This document shows, one piece after another, positions 12,851 to 24,498 of a stretch of DNA of 64,000 bases. The DNA lies in contig JASCQW010000190.1 in NCBI GenBank assembly GCA_030264375.1, forward strand, positions 50,624,361 through 50,688,360, written 5' to 3'. The notes under the pieces were generated by a model that saw only the letters and a program-made list of their open reading frames with translations, was not told the DNA's origin and did no database searches. How positions within the stretch are numbered: the stretch's first letter is position 1; each line of letters opens with the position of its first letter. The translations under genes were made by a program, and so were the position numbers. The DNA is from Carcharhinus longimanus. Its lineage: Eukaryota.

Positions 12851-14569
12851 CTGTGCTAACTATAGTGATGGTTTATTAGCAGGAAATGGATATTGAGTGG
12901 TACAGAGACTTTTGTTGTTTGAGCTGGGATTTCCAATGCCGTTCAGTTTACTGATAAACAATGCAAGTGGCAAACAATGGTTAATCCAAGGTACCCATTT
13001 ACTTTTGGTGAATCTCTCCATTCTTCTCTCACCCACCTTGTATTAATGAACACTTGACAAACCAAAAAATTGACACACAATCTGATGGCAAGTGGTGTAA
13101 TTAGCCTCTAGGCAGGCTACTAGAGCAGCTTCCAATGATTTGCTTGATAACTTTCCCGTCCTCCCTATTGGGAAGCTGCTGTTCCTCATTCACTACTTCC
13201 CTGAGATGACATTGTCTAGATCAGTAACTCTCTGCAAGGAGCTGGGTTAATTTAGGATCTCATTAGTGACAGAAAATTAGTGGCATAAATCAGGCAAACT
13301 GTGTCACACATGAACAAGCATTTTCATATTGTGACCTCTCTGATCCCAAGTGAATGTAAGAGCAAGTGTATCTTCTGAGACCGTAACCATATGCTATGTA
13401 CCAGGAATATCCAGGCACCATTTCACTCATCTGATGCATGCAAACATGTACACACCCATTCTTGCATCATTATGGTCCTTTTGCTACTGCTGATTTAGCC
13501 TTGAAGCCTGGACTGGAATGTTTTCCCTAACCACCTTACTACCATTAGTTTACATTATTGCTTTAGACCTCCAGATTGTCTGGACTGTAGACGTTGCTGG
13601 TTCAAAACCTGCCGCAGATGAATGAATAAAATCTCAACATTAATAGACCAGCTCTTTTTAGATTGACCAATCCTGATCTTAGGAATTGAAAGTATACTTT
13701 TTGATTATAAGAAACCAAGTGGAGTGCTATGGGTTTAAAAAAAAGACAAGCATGCTCAATCAATAATTGAAATGGTTAATGGAATCGCTGGATACACTGA
13801 GGCACATTGTTCAGAAGCATGTGCAGGGATGAGCTCATCTATTGTTTTCTTCAGGGGCACAGAGCAAGCACTGAGCTCTCCTGTAAACTCCAATGGAGTG
13901 GTCATCCTTCAGATCTAATTATAGATGAGCAAAAAACTGAAGAATCACATTTGAAAACATCCCAACCCTCTGGTAAACCGCATCCCTGGTTTTTTTTTTG
14001 CGTGCAATGTGATATAATCGCCAGAGTTTAGTTTGCGTTAACCCTGAGGATGACACTTGTTCATTGGCTTTGCTCCTGGGCACTGTTTCCAGCCAGTGCA
14101 CAGCCCCAGTGAGTCAATTGGAAATTGCAGTACTTCTCACCGCACATGTATTGTGATTTTGGAGGATTAGAACAGTGCTGTCAGATTTTACTTGGGATAT
14201 TATTGGGGAGGGCATATTCCTCATACCTTCCCTTGTGAATATTCTAATCTTGTAGTAATTTACTGAGAACTTTGTATCAATTATAATTTTGTCAAGCTGC
14301 TAATTATGGATGAATTCATCGTACCTTTTGCCAGTTATTGTAACTGTGCCAGAAGTCAGATTATATTTAAGTGACTGCTGCAGTAGTGTGAATTGGCAGA
14401 CTAGATTAAAGTATTGCCAAATATTGTGCCTAGCCCACAGCAAAGCTTGGGATGCCAAGAAGATGGTTCATTATTTTTATACAAAATTGTAATGAGTTCA
14501 ATCATTAGATTAGTTTGATTCAAAAAAGCAGTGTGAAATAGTCACATTTACAGATCCTATTGAACTACC

Positions 14570-14765
14570 AGGAGCAATGGAATCCGAAGAGAGAGTTCAG
14601 TGTACAAAATGAGTTGAACAAGGTATACCAGTGGGCAGAGCAATGGTGAATGAAGTTCAGTGCAGATGGTGTAAAGTACTATGCAGAGTAAAGAGAAATA
14701 AGCAACATTTGTACTTGATGAATCATGTTGAACCAGCTAAAGAGGAAATTGAAAGAGACCTAGAT
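14570..14765 (+). mobile_element. Decayed CR1 RT fragment
   Basis: Reads ...QNELNKVYQWAEQW*MKFSADGVKY, matching LQxDLDxLxxWAxxWQMxFNxxKC. Confidence 0.65.
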
Positions 14766-16539
14766 GTAATACTTCAGTTTGAGGTAAACCAGTAAAGTGG
14801 ATTGTCCAGCACTTATAGAACCCACCTGACTTTTCATTTCCATTGGAGAAATGTGGGATTTTCACCTGACAGGGACGGTTTTTTTTAAGTCAACAAGAAG
14901 GAATGGGAAAAGTTAATCCAGAAAATTAGTTTAAATTCTCGTAGAGTAGTGACACGATGAGGGTCATTTTAGGAGTCATAACAGGAAATAGTTCAGCACC
15001 CTGAATAAACTTCCAGATGGAGCAATGGGGGTAAAAATCCTGGAATTGTTTGAAAAGTTGGATGTTGAAATGGTGGGAGAGCAGGGCAAGAATCACGAGG
15101 ATGTTTCCAGATGGTTAATCTTAAGGCAGCTTCACTCTTGTCACCCCTAGTTAACCAAAGAAAGGAACAGATTGGCTGAAGTGACTTTGTTTCTGTACAA
15201 AAAGAAACAGGGGCTGCTCTGGCAATCTCCATTGGGTGGGTGTTGCCCTCATGTATGTTGATGAGGATTCCCTTATTCATTGAGGCGGGGGGAGGGGAGT
15301 GGATTTTATCTATCACACATCGGGGTGATCTCTGCCAGCAGTATTAGGCCATACCCGTGACAGGGGCCATGCTACGCGATTTCTACTGTGCAGAGTGCTG
15401 CTGAATGTGTCGAGAAAAGTCGACAGTGCAGCCAGCGAGCTGCATGAGGGTTTACTCACCTCAGTCTGCACTCTGCAAATACTGGAAAATTCCACCATTA
15501 CCTTGAAGATTTTAATGTGCCTCTAAGGTTTAAGTCACAGTGACAAAGGAGTTGCTTTGAACTTCTTAATTCAGACATTGTGGACCTGATCATGCCAGCT
15601 GTGAAATGGCTGCCTTCAATTCATCATTTTGACCTCTAGCAGGCGTAGCTGCACCTTATGAAAATTTCAGTCACACTTGTCTAACACCTGTCAAATCATA
15701 TCAACTTGGAGCAACTAACGTGCCCTTGAATTTTGCTTCCTTTTCTCTGTTCTGTGGCATTGAGTAGCATCACACAGGAACACTGAACCCTTCCTTCAAC
15801 ACTGTGCTGAGAGCTTTATTTCCACCACAACCAAATCTGAGGCCTTTTCTGCCAATTTGGAGCCAACTGATGTACAATAATGAAGAGCTTGAAGCTGTTG
15901 GCTTATGCCAGATGAAATTGAGTTGTAACAATGCAAGGTGAAAATCTGGAAACAGAGCCATTGGGAGGCAGTGTATTTATTACAATCCTTCCTAAGACTT
16001 CTAAAAGAAAAAATCTGAAAGGGTAACTGTAGATTTTCCAATGGAACAATGCTTTTGATCTGTTTTTGCATTTAATAAGATATATCTGAAGCATTGTGAG
16101 ATGCAGTACAGTAGTTTTGGCAATGTGATCAACTGGCTAATTACTTAGAATTGTCTGCTATTTTGGGATAATCAGCTTTAAATTTTATGCTAAAAAACAA
16201 GCAGTTACGAATGTAAATCATTTAGATTCTAGTAATTAATGGATCTGTAATCCATAAAGGTCACTGATCCCTTTAGAACTACAGGAGGGCCATTTGCATT
16301 TTCTGTGCATCTGTTGAGTAAATCCTGGGTCTGCATTTGAAATATAAGAGTTCAGGGAAGTTGAATCCCACGAATCTACAAATGTGGGCCATATTTTTGA
16401 CCATCAAGTGTTTTATAAGTTGGGCATCTACTCATTGAAGCATTTTTTTAAAAACAAAGGATATTTACTTGTCAAGTGAGCATTGTTTGGAAAGCCATCT
16501 GTTTGTCCCCGTGTTCGAAAACTTACATTGCCTCATTTC

Positions 16540-17170
16540 ACAGCTATGACTCAGCTGGTAGCAGTCTTGTATCTGAGTCAGAAGGTTGTGGGTTCAGGCT
16601 CCACTCCAGAGACTTTAAGCACAAATTCTGGACTAACAGCGCCATACTGAGGGAATGCTGCACTGTCAGGTGTTCTCGTCAAGCAGATGTTAAAGCAAGG
16701 CCCTATCTGCCGCCTTGGGTGAACATAGACAAACCCAAAATACAGTGATGAAGTAAAGCAAGAGGGCTATTCCTGATCTCTTTGCTAATATTTATCCATC
16801 AGTTAAAAATAAATTATCTGGTCATTATTGTATTGCTCTTTGCGTAAACGTCCTGTGTATAAATTGGCTGCCACCTTTGAAAAATTACAACATTGTGTGA
16901 GGTTTTTTTGGTCTCCCCTTAGCCTTTTCCTTGGTGACAGAGGCAACGCAGCATTCGCCAATCCTCTTGCCTCACCACTGCCAATGGCAGTTCACATTGA
17001 AGCCAAACCCATACTGCAGAAAACCTGCAGCAGGGCGTGCGCTACCTGAGGGACCAGAGAATCCTGCCAGCATGAACAGCTGGAAAATTCCAATCAATGA
17101 CTATACTTCAAAAGTACTTCATTGGCTATAACTTGCATTGGGTCTTTCTAAGGTGAAAGATCATATTATT
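16540..17170 (+). mobile_element. Near full-length DeuSINE (SacSINE1-like) split by a MITE
   Basis: tRNA-like head (TGACTCAGCTGGTAGC...GGGTTCAGGCTCC) and central Deu-domain-like body. The L2-like tail (CTTCAAAAGTACTTCATTGGCT...) resumes at ~17098 after an insert. Confidence 0.75.
16893..17092. mobile_element. MITE-like insertion within the DeuSINE
   Basis: GC-richer block ending GGGACCAGAGAATCC...CAGCTGGAAAATTCC. Shares GGGACCAGAGAATC and an inverted ATGAACAGCTGGA with the element at 24365-24498. Confidence 0.6.
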
Positions 17171-17228
17171 TTATTGCAGGTTTTTAAAATGGAAACATAT
17201 ATGGTCACATCCAAGATCAGAGCCATTT

Positions 17229-17434
17229 AGCCCTGGATTTTCCATCCCCCTGTGGCAGGTTTTTTTGACAGCGGAAGCAGTTCGTCCTTGGCCACTGGTG
17301 GGGTTTTCAGGTCCTGCGGAAGTGAATGGCCATTTGCATTGCTCACAGGTTGCACAGCCGGGGGTGCCCACCACAGGAGGTTGCTTCAGTGGGACTGGAA
17401 TATGGCGCCAGCGAGAAGTGTAGAAAAATCTTGC
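17229..17434. mobile_element. MITE-like element (same broad family)
   Basis: Begins ...CTGGATTTTCC and ends GAAAAATCTTGC, with internal partial symmetry. Confidence 0.5.
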
Positions 17435-18214
17435 TCTTGGTTACAAACCAGGCTGGTGGATTTTTATGGCGGGTTCCAAATGGAACCTATGTGGCTTGTG
17501 ACCTAGGACTTTTAAAAATAAAGATTGTCTGGTTACACCACCCAAGCTGACTACACTTTTTTAAAAAAAACTCATGTCACTATGGTTATTTTGCCCAATG
17601 TATAGTATCTGGACTGGCCAAAACATCTGGTTGCAATCACTGCATCCAATTCCTTCACCATTTTGGCAAGATCCTGTGATGATGAGCAGGATACTGTCCA
17701 AGGCTATTTCCTAGTTGTTGGAAATCATTTTTTTAGATGATACCTCCAGATCCGTTTCTAGTGGGCCTTAAGTTGTCACCAACAGCTTCCATTTTCTGGC
17801 TTCTGTACGATCAATTTGATGTTTAGGCTTTAAACTTAAATTGTGCTTGGATCCAGGGCGGCATAAGCACTTACTGTTGTATGGGGAAGAGTGTCGTCAA
17901 AATATACACTGCTTCAAAGCAGTTTAAGTTGGTGATACGGTGGTTTTTTTCAAATCTTGCCTCAGGGCTGTGTTGCAATATATTAATTGAATCTGAGCCT
18001 TTGAAATACAAACTAATAGTGCAAGGAATACTTAGAGAAAAATTAAAATTTCATGTACTTAATCAAACACCTTGAAATAAACTAACATCCAGAACAGAAA
18101 GGTATTGTTCCTACAAAGGACCGGGAAATGGAAGCAGGGAAGGCAATCCATATGGCACCTATTCCAAAAATAATCCAATTTTCAACCAGTTCAAAACTCT
18201 GTCACTAGTGTTAA

Positions 18215-18715
18215 AATCAGGCATGTTAAAGACTAATAGGAAAAGATAAGAGGCATTGGTGAAGGTATTAAAAAAATTCCAAGGAGAATACTAGAACTGA
18301 GCAGCTAAAACCGTAGGGAAAAAACTGAATACGCTGAGGCTCTTCTCTCTAGAAAAGAGAAGGCTGAGGGGTGACACAATAGAGGTCCTTAAAATTAGGA
18401 GAGGGTTTGATAGGACAGATGTAGAGAAGATTTTCTACTTGTGTGGAGGGAGGGAGTCATAAATTAAAACAGTTGCTCATAAATCCAGTCAGGAAGTAGA
18501 GAACCATTTCCTGGAGAGTGGTTTATAAGGCAAACTTTCTAACAGATGAGGTTAATAGCACTGATGGCTTGAAGTGGAAAGCTACATCAGCAAGGGGAAG
18601 GTGTAGAAGGATATGTTAATGGGGTTAAATTAAATAGAGTGGGAGGAAGCTAGTGCAGAGCATAAACTTTGACGCGTCAGTTAGTCTAAATGGTGTCCTT
18701 TTTTGTGTTATAAAT
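18215..18715 (+). mobile_element. Decayed CR1 LINE 3' fragment
   Basis: CTGAGGCTCTTCTCTCTAGAAAAGAGAAGGCTGAGGGGTGAC encodes LRLFSLEKRRLRGD and is followed by a 3' UTR. Confidence 0.8.
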
Positions 18716-18894
18716 TCAATGAAAGTCAACTGTTAACTCCTGCTTGGCACTTGTGGTATTCAACTGTTAGACTCTTCGATTTTTTTTTAAATTGACCATT
18801 AACAAACAGAAAATAAAGGTTAAATAAAGTTGTAACTTCAATGTCAAATTGCTTCATACATTGGCTGTGACACTGACTTAAACCACTGATTGTT

Positions 18895-19321
18895 TGGCAA
18901 GGGTGAACAGAAGAGATTTTGCCAGCGCGACCACTGTCAATTTCAAATGGAAAGCTGTTTTTGGGTACTGTTGTAATAAAGCAATGGGGGAAAACCTGAT
19001 TCCAGTAAAAGTTGGGAGTACCCTTGATAATATATATATTAAAAAGGTTACTCTCAGAAATCTGATAGTTGGGAGGCGCAGTCAGATTTTAGAAGTCTGC
19101 ACGTTGCAGTTTCCATCTTTTAATAATCCAAACTAACTGCACAACTTCTGTTTCAGGATTTTAGGTAAGGAAACCCTGGCGATGTGGTATCTTTCGAAAA
19201 AGAAATTAGAAAGTGGAAAATGGTGCAAATAGCTGGTCCCGGTTAATTTTCCAAACTGTTTAGGAGCCGGGCATACTTTGGACACTTGCTATGTGCAAAT
19301 TAGCTTCTGGGTTTCCGGCCA
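18895..19321. mobile_element. Ancient interspersed element with imperfect inverted termini; resembles MER121 (from memory)
   Basis: CAGAAGAGATTTTGC (18908-18922) and GCAAATTAGCTTCTG (19295-19309) are inverted (12/15). Blocks such as GACCACTGTCAATTTCAAATG and TTTGGACACTTGCTATGTGCAAAT recall the MER121 consensus. Confidence 0.5.
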
Positions 19322-19774
19322 TGGCTCTTTTTCATTAACTATGTAATATTTTGCAAAGTCCAGAGGTCATGGAAGGCCTGTGTTGTTCTTTCCTTCACTG
19401 CTACTGGAGTGCCCTTGGAACTGCCTAACCATAAACTCCACAGTTCTCATCCAGTTCAGTTTCTGAGCTCAGAGGGATTTGGTCGTGTCCATTGATATGG
19501 CATTAGCTTCTGAGAGTTACTGCCCTCTTCCCATGCACTCTCTCTCAATTCCTGTGAAATACCTCTTGCCCCTGTTATGAGCACCTTTCCTTGGTGTAGT
19601 CTTTTTTGGCTCCCTTTGTAAGCTTTTAATTGCCTTTTGGATATTTGCATTATTCTCAGAGGTATAAGGTTTGCCACTTCAAACCGGGGACATAGATCAA
19701 CTGCAAAATAATTCTTAGTCTTCCTTTGCTGGATGGCTCTTTTCTCAGGAATCATTTTGGACCTGTCCACATTT

Positions 19775-19885
19775 TGGGTGGGATTTTCCGGCCTCGCTCG
19801 CCCGAAACCAGAAAATCTAGCCCAAGGTCACTGGACTTTTCTATATTCCGTCCCTTGCCTACTCTGATTCCCGTGGTGGGCGGGA
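19775..19885. mobile_element. MITE (GGGTGGGATTTTCC end)
   Basis: GGGTGGGATTTTCCGG...CCAGAAAATCTAGCCC internal inverted repeat. CpG-rich relative to the flanks. Confidence 0.55.
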
Positions 19886-19904
19886 CAATATAACTCACTC
19901 ATCT

Positions 19905-20065
19905 CTAAAATAAAAGCAAAATACTGCAGATGCTAGAAGTCTGAAACAAAAAAACAGAAAGTGTTGGAAACACTCAGCAGCATCTATAGAGAGAGAAATT
20001 GTGTTGAAGTTTTAAGGCAAATATAACTGCTCTTCCTGCTTTGAGGGTTTTCTGCTTCTGTTCCA
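19905..20065. mobile_element. Decayed Penelope-like element terminus
   Basis: AAAATAAAAGCAAAATACTGCAGATGCT...CAGCATCTATAGAGAGAGAA matches the better-preserved copy at 49601-49760. Confidence 0.55.
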
Positions 20066-20820
20066 TATTCCATCTCATCGTATCTGGCTGTTCCACAAAA
20101 ATCTCACTGCCTTGATTAGGGTATTTGATGGTTTTAATGTTGTATATTAGTTCTCGGCTTCAAATTTCACAATCAAATGAACTTTGTTCATCATTGTTTA
20201 ACATGTTCCTCATTTCAGTGGATTAATTCCACTTTGTATTTTCACTGTTATAATTTTGTGAAGTGAAAAAATTACAGATAAAAGTGCTTTCCTTGGTTAA
20301 GTGACAATACAAAAGAGTTTGTGTGGTGTGTGATGCTGAACAGTCACTCATGGGCAACGCAAAGCTGAAGCCATATAGGAGGCAGTTGGAAAATGAAGTT
20401 GCTAATATTTGATTTTTTTTTGTCGCAAACAGTGCACTGAATTGCTGAATACACGGACATTTAATATTGGCTTCAGTGATTAGCCATGTGAATTTCTGCA
20501 ACAACTCATTTTTATAATCTTTCAAATTGATATGGGCACTAGGATTTGGCTGGCAGGATTACCAGATTGGATTTTAAAACTTGAGTATCCTTTTTTCTTG
20601 TTAATCCTTAGGACCTGGGTGAATGGCAAGAAGTATTTATTTGTCCATCATTCCTTGGCCTGTCGCAGGAACAAATAAACATTTTTTTAAAAACAGTTGA
20701 ATGAATGAAGCTTTTAAGGTTTTGAAATGTTATGCCTCAAAATTCAATCTCATCTCCAGCCTAAGATGATATTGTTTGGCCTTTTCCCTGCAAGTTATCG
20801 TTTTAACAGATCTTTCATGG

Positions 20821-21593
20821 AATCATAGAATAGAATCCCTACAGTGCAGAAAGAAGACATTTGGCCCATCAAGTCTGCACCAACAACAATCCCAGCCCCT
20901 ATCCCCATAACCCTACATATTTACCTACTAGTCCCCCACACTAAGGAGCAATTTAACATGGCCATCCACCTAACTTGCACATCTTTGGACTCTGGAAGGA
21001 AACCGGAGCACCTGGAAGAAACCCACGCAGACACTGGGAGAACGTGCAAACTCCACACAAACAGTAACCCAAGGTCAGAATNNNNNNNNNNNNNNNNNNN
21101 NNNNNNNNNNNNNNNNNNNNNNNNNNNNNNNNNNNNNNNNNNNNNNNNNNNNNNNNNNNNNNNNNNNNNNNNNNNNNNNNNNNNNNNNNNNNNNNNNNNN
21201 NNNNNNNNNNNNNNNNNNNNNNNNNNNNNNNNNNNNNNNNNNNNNNNNNNNNNNNNNNNNNNNNNNNNNNNNNNNNNNNNNNNNNNNNNNNNNNNNNNNN
21301 NNNNNNNNNNNNNNNNNNNNNNNNNNNNNNNNNNNNNNNNNNNNNNNNNNNNNNNNNNNNNNNNNNNNNNNNNNNNNNNNNNNNNNNNNNNNNNNNNNNN
21401 NNNNNNNNNNNNNNNNNNNNNNNNNNNNNNNNNNNNNNNNNNNNNNNNNAGGAAACCGGAGCACCTGGAAGAAACCCACGCAGACACCGGGAGAACGTGC
21501 AAACTCCACACAGACAATACCCAAGGCCAAATTGAACCTGGGTCCCTGGCACTGTGAAGCAGCAGTGCTAACCACTGTGCCACCGTACTGCCC
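20821..21593 (-). mobile_element. HE1-type V-SINE (tRNA head, V-domain, CR1-like tail), duplicated across an N gap
   Basis: Minus strand GGCAGTACGGTGGCACAGTGGTTAGCACTGCTGC (A box), GGTTCAATT (B box), V-domain TGTGTGGAGTTTGCACGTTCTCCC...GGGTTTC...TGCTCCGGTTTCCT, and tail GGGATTCTATTCTATGATT. Confidence 0.9.
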
Positions 21594-24364
21594 AATATGG
21601 TTTCATGCAATTTGAACAATCACCAGAATCTTCACGTCTTTTTGTATAAGACAAGTTCCTCTTTAAGGCAATGACATATTTAAATGGAATCTACCACCAA
21701 TCAGAGGCATAACTCAGTAGTTATTGAGGCAAACATCTTATAAAGATGATGTTGTCCTCATGATCTTTGAGGCCAAGATTCTTTTGGTTTGTAAAGATCT
21801 TCTGACATGAACATCCAGCAAGGGTGTATAATCCACCTTATTCACCTTCACCTCAGCAAAGACACTAGAGATTAACGGACATAGTTAAAAAATCTGTGGT
21901 GAAAGATGCAAAACTTAAAATTCTGATTGTATTCAAAGTTGGCAAATATCGTTGGTTAAACCTCCTTAAATTGAAATGTGATTTGAGGGTGTTGTGCATT
22001 AATTCGAGCAGCTGAATTGTGTGAGCTTGCCAGCAAGAAGAGATGTACCTCGTTTAAAAGAAATTTCTAATAAGATTGTCGAATAGTGGTTTCATCAATC
22101 TTTGTTATTACTGTTTCATCTTATAATTCCCTCCTGTGATCTGTAGAAGCATTTGGCATCATTGTGTGACTACGTTATGAAAATGAAGGTAAGTGCTTCA
22201 GACTGTCGTTATAAATCTATTACTGCAAAATACTGAGTTAGAAATACAGGAAATTGCATCACAGGAGCCCCTGAGCATCAGCTGTGTTTAATGTGTTGTG
22301 ATTGGTAAAGCCGATGTTATGTCATGATGACTCCCTTCGGTTCCAATCAAAAACAGCAGCTCTTTATAAGGTACTGTACTGGGAACGTTTAAAACAAACA
22401 TAGCCCTGCCTGTTTTGCTCTATACGTGTTTACTATAAACCGAATGTTATTCGTCTGCCAACATAAATAACAAAACAGCGATAAAGCGCATCACAAGAGA
22501 GTGCTCTCGGTACCACATTATCTACCGTGATGCGATATGAATGCTTTAGTTTGTGGCAGGGATGTGATCTGAAATTCTAGTCAGTGTTTCCCAACCTTTT
22601 TCAGTCCTTCCATGGTGCCAGGATTGTCTGTATCCCTTAGCATCTGGAATTTCTTTCACTTCTTTCCCATCTTCAGAATGATCCAAAACATTTTTTAGAC
22701 AAGAGCTTTTTCTTTAAAGAATGGTTGCTCAGTGTATCAGCAAAGCCAACAGCTGCTTTGCACATTCCAGGGTCCTGTGTTCCTCATTGTGGAAAAGGCT
22801 CAAGGAGCCGTATGGTCTCCCCCTCGCTCCTTGTGCTTATGCTCTCATAAACAGCAATTAAATAAATGACATTTAAATGTGTTGTTGGTATCGATTGAAG
22901 TGTAAATTTTGACCAAGGTACTGGCAGCAATGTTACCCCTCCCCCTGACTCACCACCACACCCGTTCCACATACCCGTTGTTCAAAAAAATAGTACCTCA
23001 AGGTAATTGACTTCCTTCCAAACAAATATTCGAAGATTTTGTTTAACATCTCATCTGAAAGTTGGCACCTCAGATTGTGCAGTACTCCTCCATATTGGAC
23101 TTAAACAGAATTTCTGACTTGAGTGAGATTGTGATCAGGAAACAAAGGCAATCTCAAGCTTATATATAAACACATGCGAGAGATTCAAGATCATTATCTA
23201 GTGTGAAAATGTTTTCAAGATTGCCTGAAATAATGTGGCAGCCGATACCTTGTCCAAACATTGCAGGACTAGATGCTCTGGGTTTTTGGTGGCTGGTGTA
23301 TGTTGACAGTCCTACCTGAATGCACAGATATCAGATTTCAGAAACCTCTTTGAAAGCAGCAGTGATCATTTTCAGATTGTGATCTGAATGAGCTTGGCTG
23401 TCACAGGGGGCCACAGGGTCTGAGGAATGCAGCGTTTCAGGAAAACCTGCTGCTTTCTCGGCTGGATCTTTGTCCACACCTCGAGAACAGATCAGAAAAA
23501 CAACACCAACGGTGCTTTCTCCAGTGTTATTAAATCAATAAAAACCTGAGGTTGTTACTCCTAATCTTCATCCAGAGGCTTGAGTCTCATATTGATATAA
23601 CCCTGGCTATCCTGCAAAACATGCCTTATTAAAATTAACATGTTTAAAATTAACATGATTAAATTTTGAAATTAACATATTGATTCTTTGCTTTAGTGAA
23701 AATCTATTGCAGAAGGTAAGGAGCAATTAACCTGATACTTTGCTAAATCACATGCAATACAATAATCGTTCCTATTGAAACTTTGCTCCTTAATCAGCTA
23801 GTGCCACTTCAGCAATAAGCCCTGTACATTGAAAACTGCAAGTTAATAATGCCAGCTTACATCCTGATGGAAGAGGCATGGATACCAATAATCTGTTCTG
23901 TTTTGCACACCTGCTGATTTCCCCTGCTCTTCTCTCAAGTGAGCACATTTTAAAAGAAATTTTCTGGAGTTTCCTCCCTTGCCTCTGTTCTCCAGATAGA
24001 TGATTTGTCACTCCATTACGGCCCTCTGCTGTCTCACTCAAGAGGCTCTCTGCTGCACTGTGGCAGTGACACTCTTCTTGGAGAGTGGCCCTTTAAACCA
24101 CGCAGGCAGTCAGTGCAGAGTCTCATGCAGTCCTCAGGCCCAAGCAGTATGAAAGTAGGGCCGTGACTAGTAGGGAGCACTGCAGAGTTATTAAAAGGAG
24201 AATAAGTTTTCCTTTTACCTATATTTACCATTCACCTGGCAGGCAGGGCCTTGTATACCTATCTGTATTATTAAATACCATGTGCGTTTGTGCAATGATT
24301 AGAGTACGTCTCTAACTTTACTGACTGGAGGGCAATGAATCCTATCACTCAGTTCCACACTAGT

Positions 24365-24498
24365 TGGCTGGAATTCTCCAGCTGTTCATGCTCCACTACT
24401 GGCAGTGAGAATGGAGAATTCGGCATTCAGTCAAATCTCCATTCACTGCAGTGGGACCAGAGAATCTCAGCTGCGGGCGAGGTCAGAGAATTCAGCCC
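24365..24498. mobile_element. MITE with GGCTG(G)AATTCTC TIRs
   Basis: TGGCTGGAATTCTCC and AGAGAATTCAGCCC are inverted repeats. Confidence 0.65.

Noticed and set aside
14445-14475. WDAKKMVH resembling the start of GNAO1 exon 4 (ADAKMVCD)
   Set aside because: Similarity is only a few residues, there is no acceptor with a pyrimidine tract, a stop follows shortly, and the SRMEDTEPF/REYQLND motifs are absent.
16540-16615. tRNA gene-like sequence (also at 21520-21593 and 58710-58750)
   Set aside because: These are SINE heads. There is no full cloverleaf and they continue into SINE bodies.
20844-21619. Long ORFs and an apparent tandem duplication of a SINE segment
   Set aside because: The ORFs are inflated by Ns. 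The repeated V-domain on both sides of gap 21082-21449 is best explained by scaffolding, or by two adjacent SINE copies.
23628-23682. AAATTAACAT x3 and ATTGGCTCAGGTG x2 (29537-29568)
   Set aside because: Short local slippage duplications with no further evidence of function.
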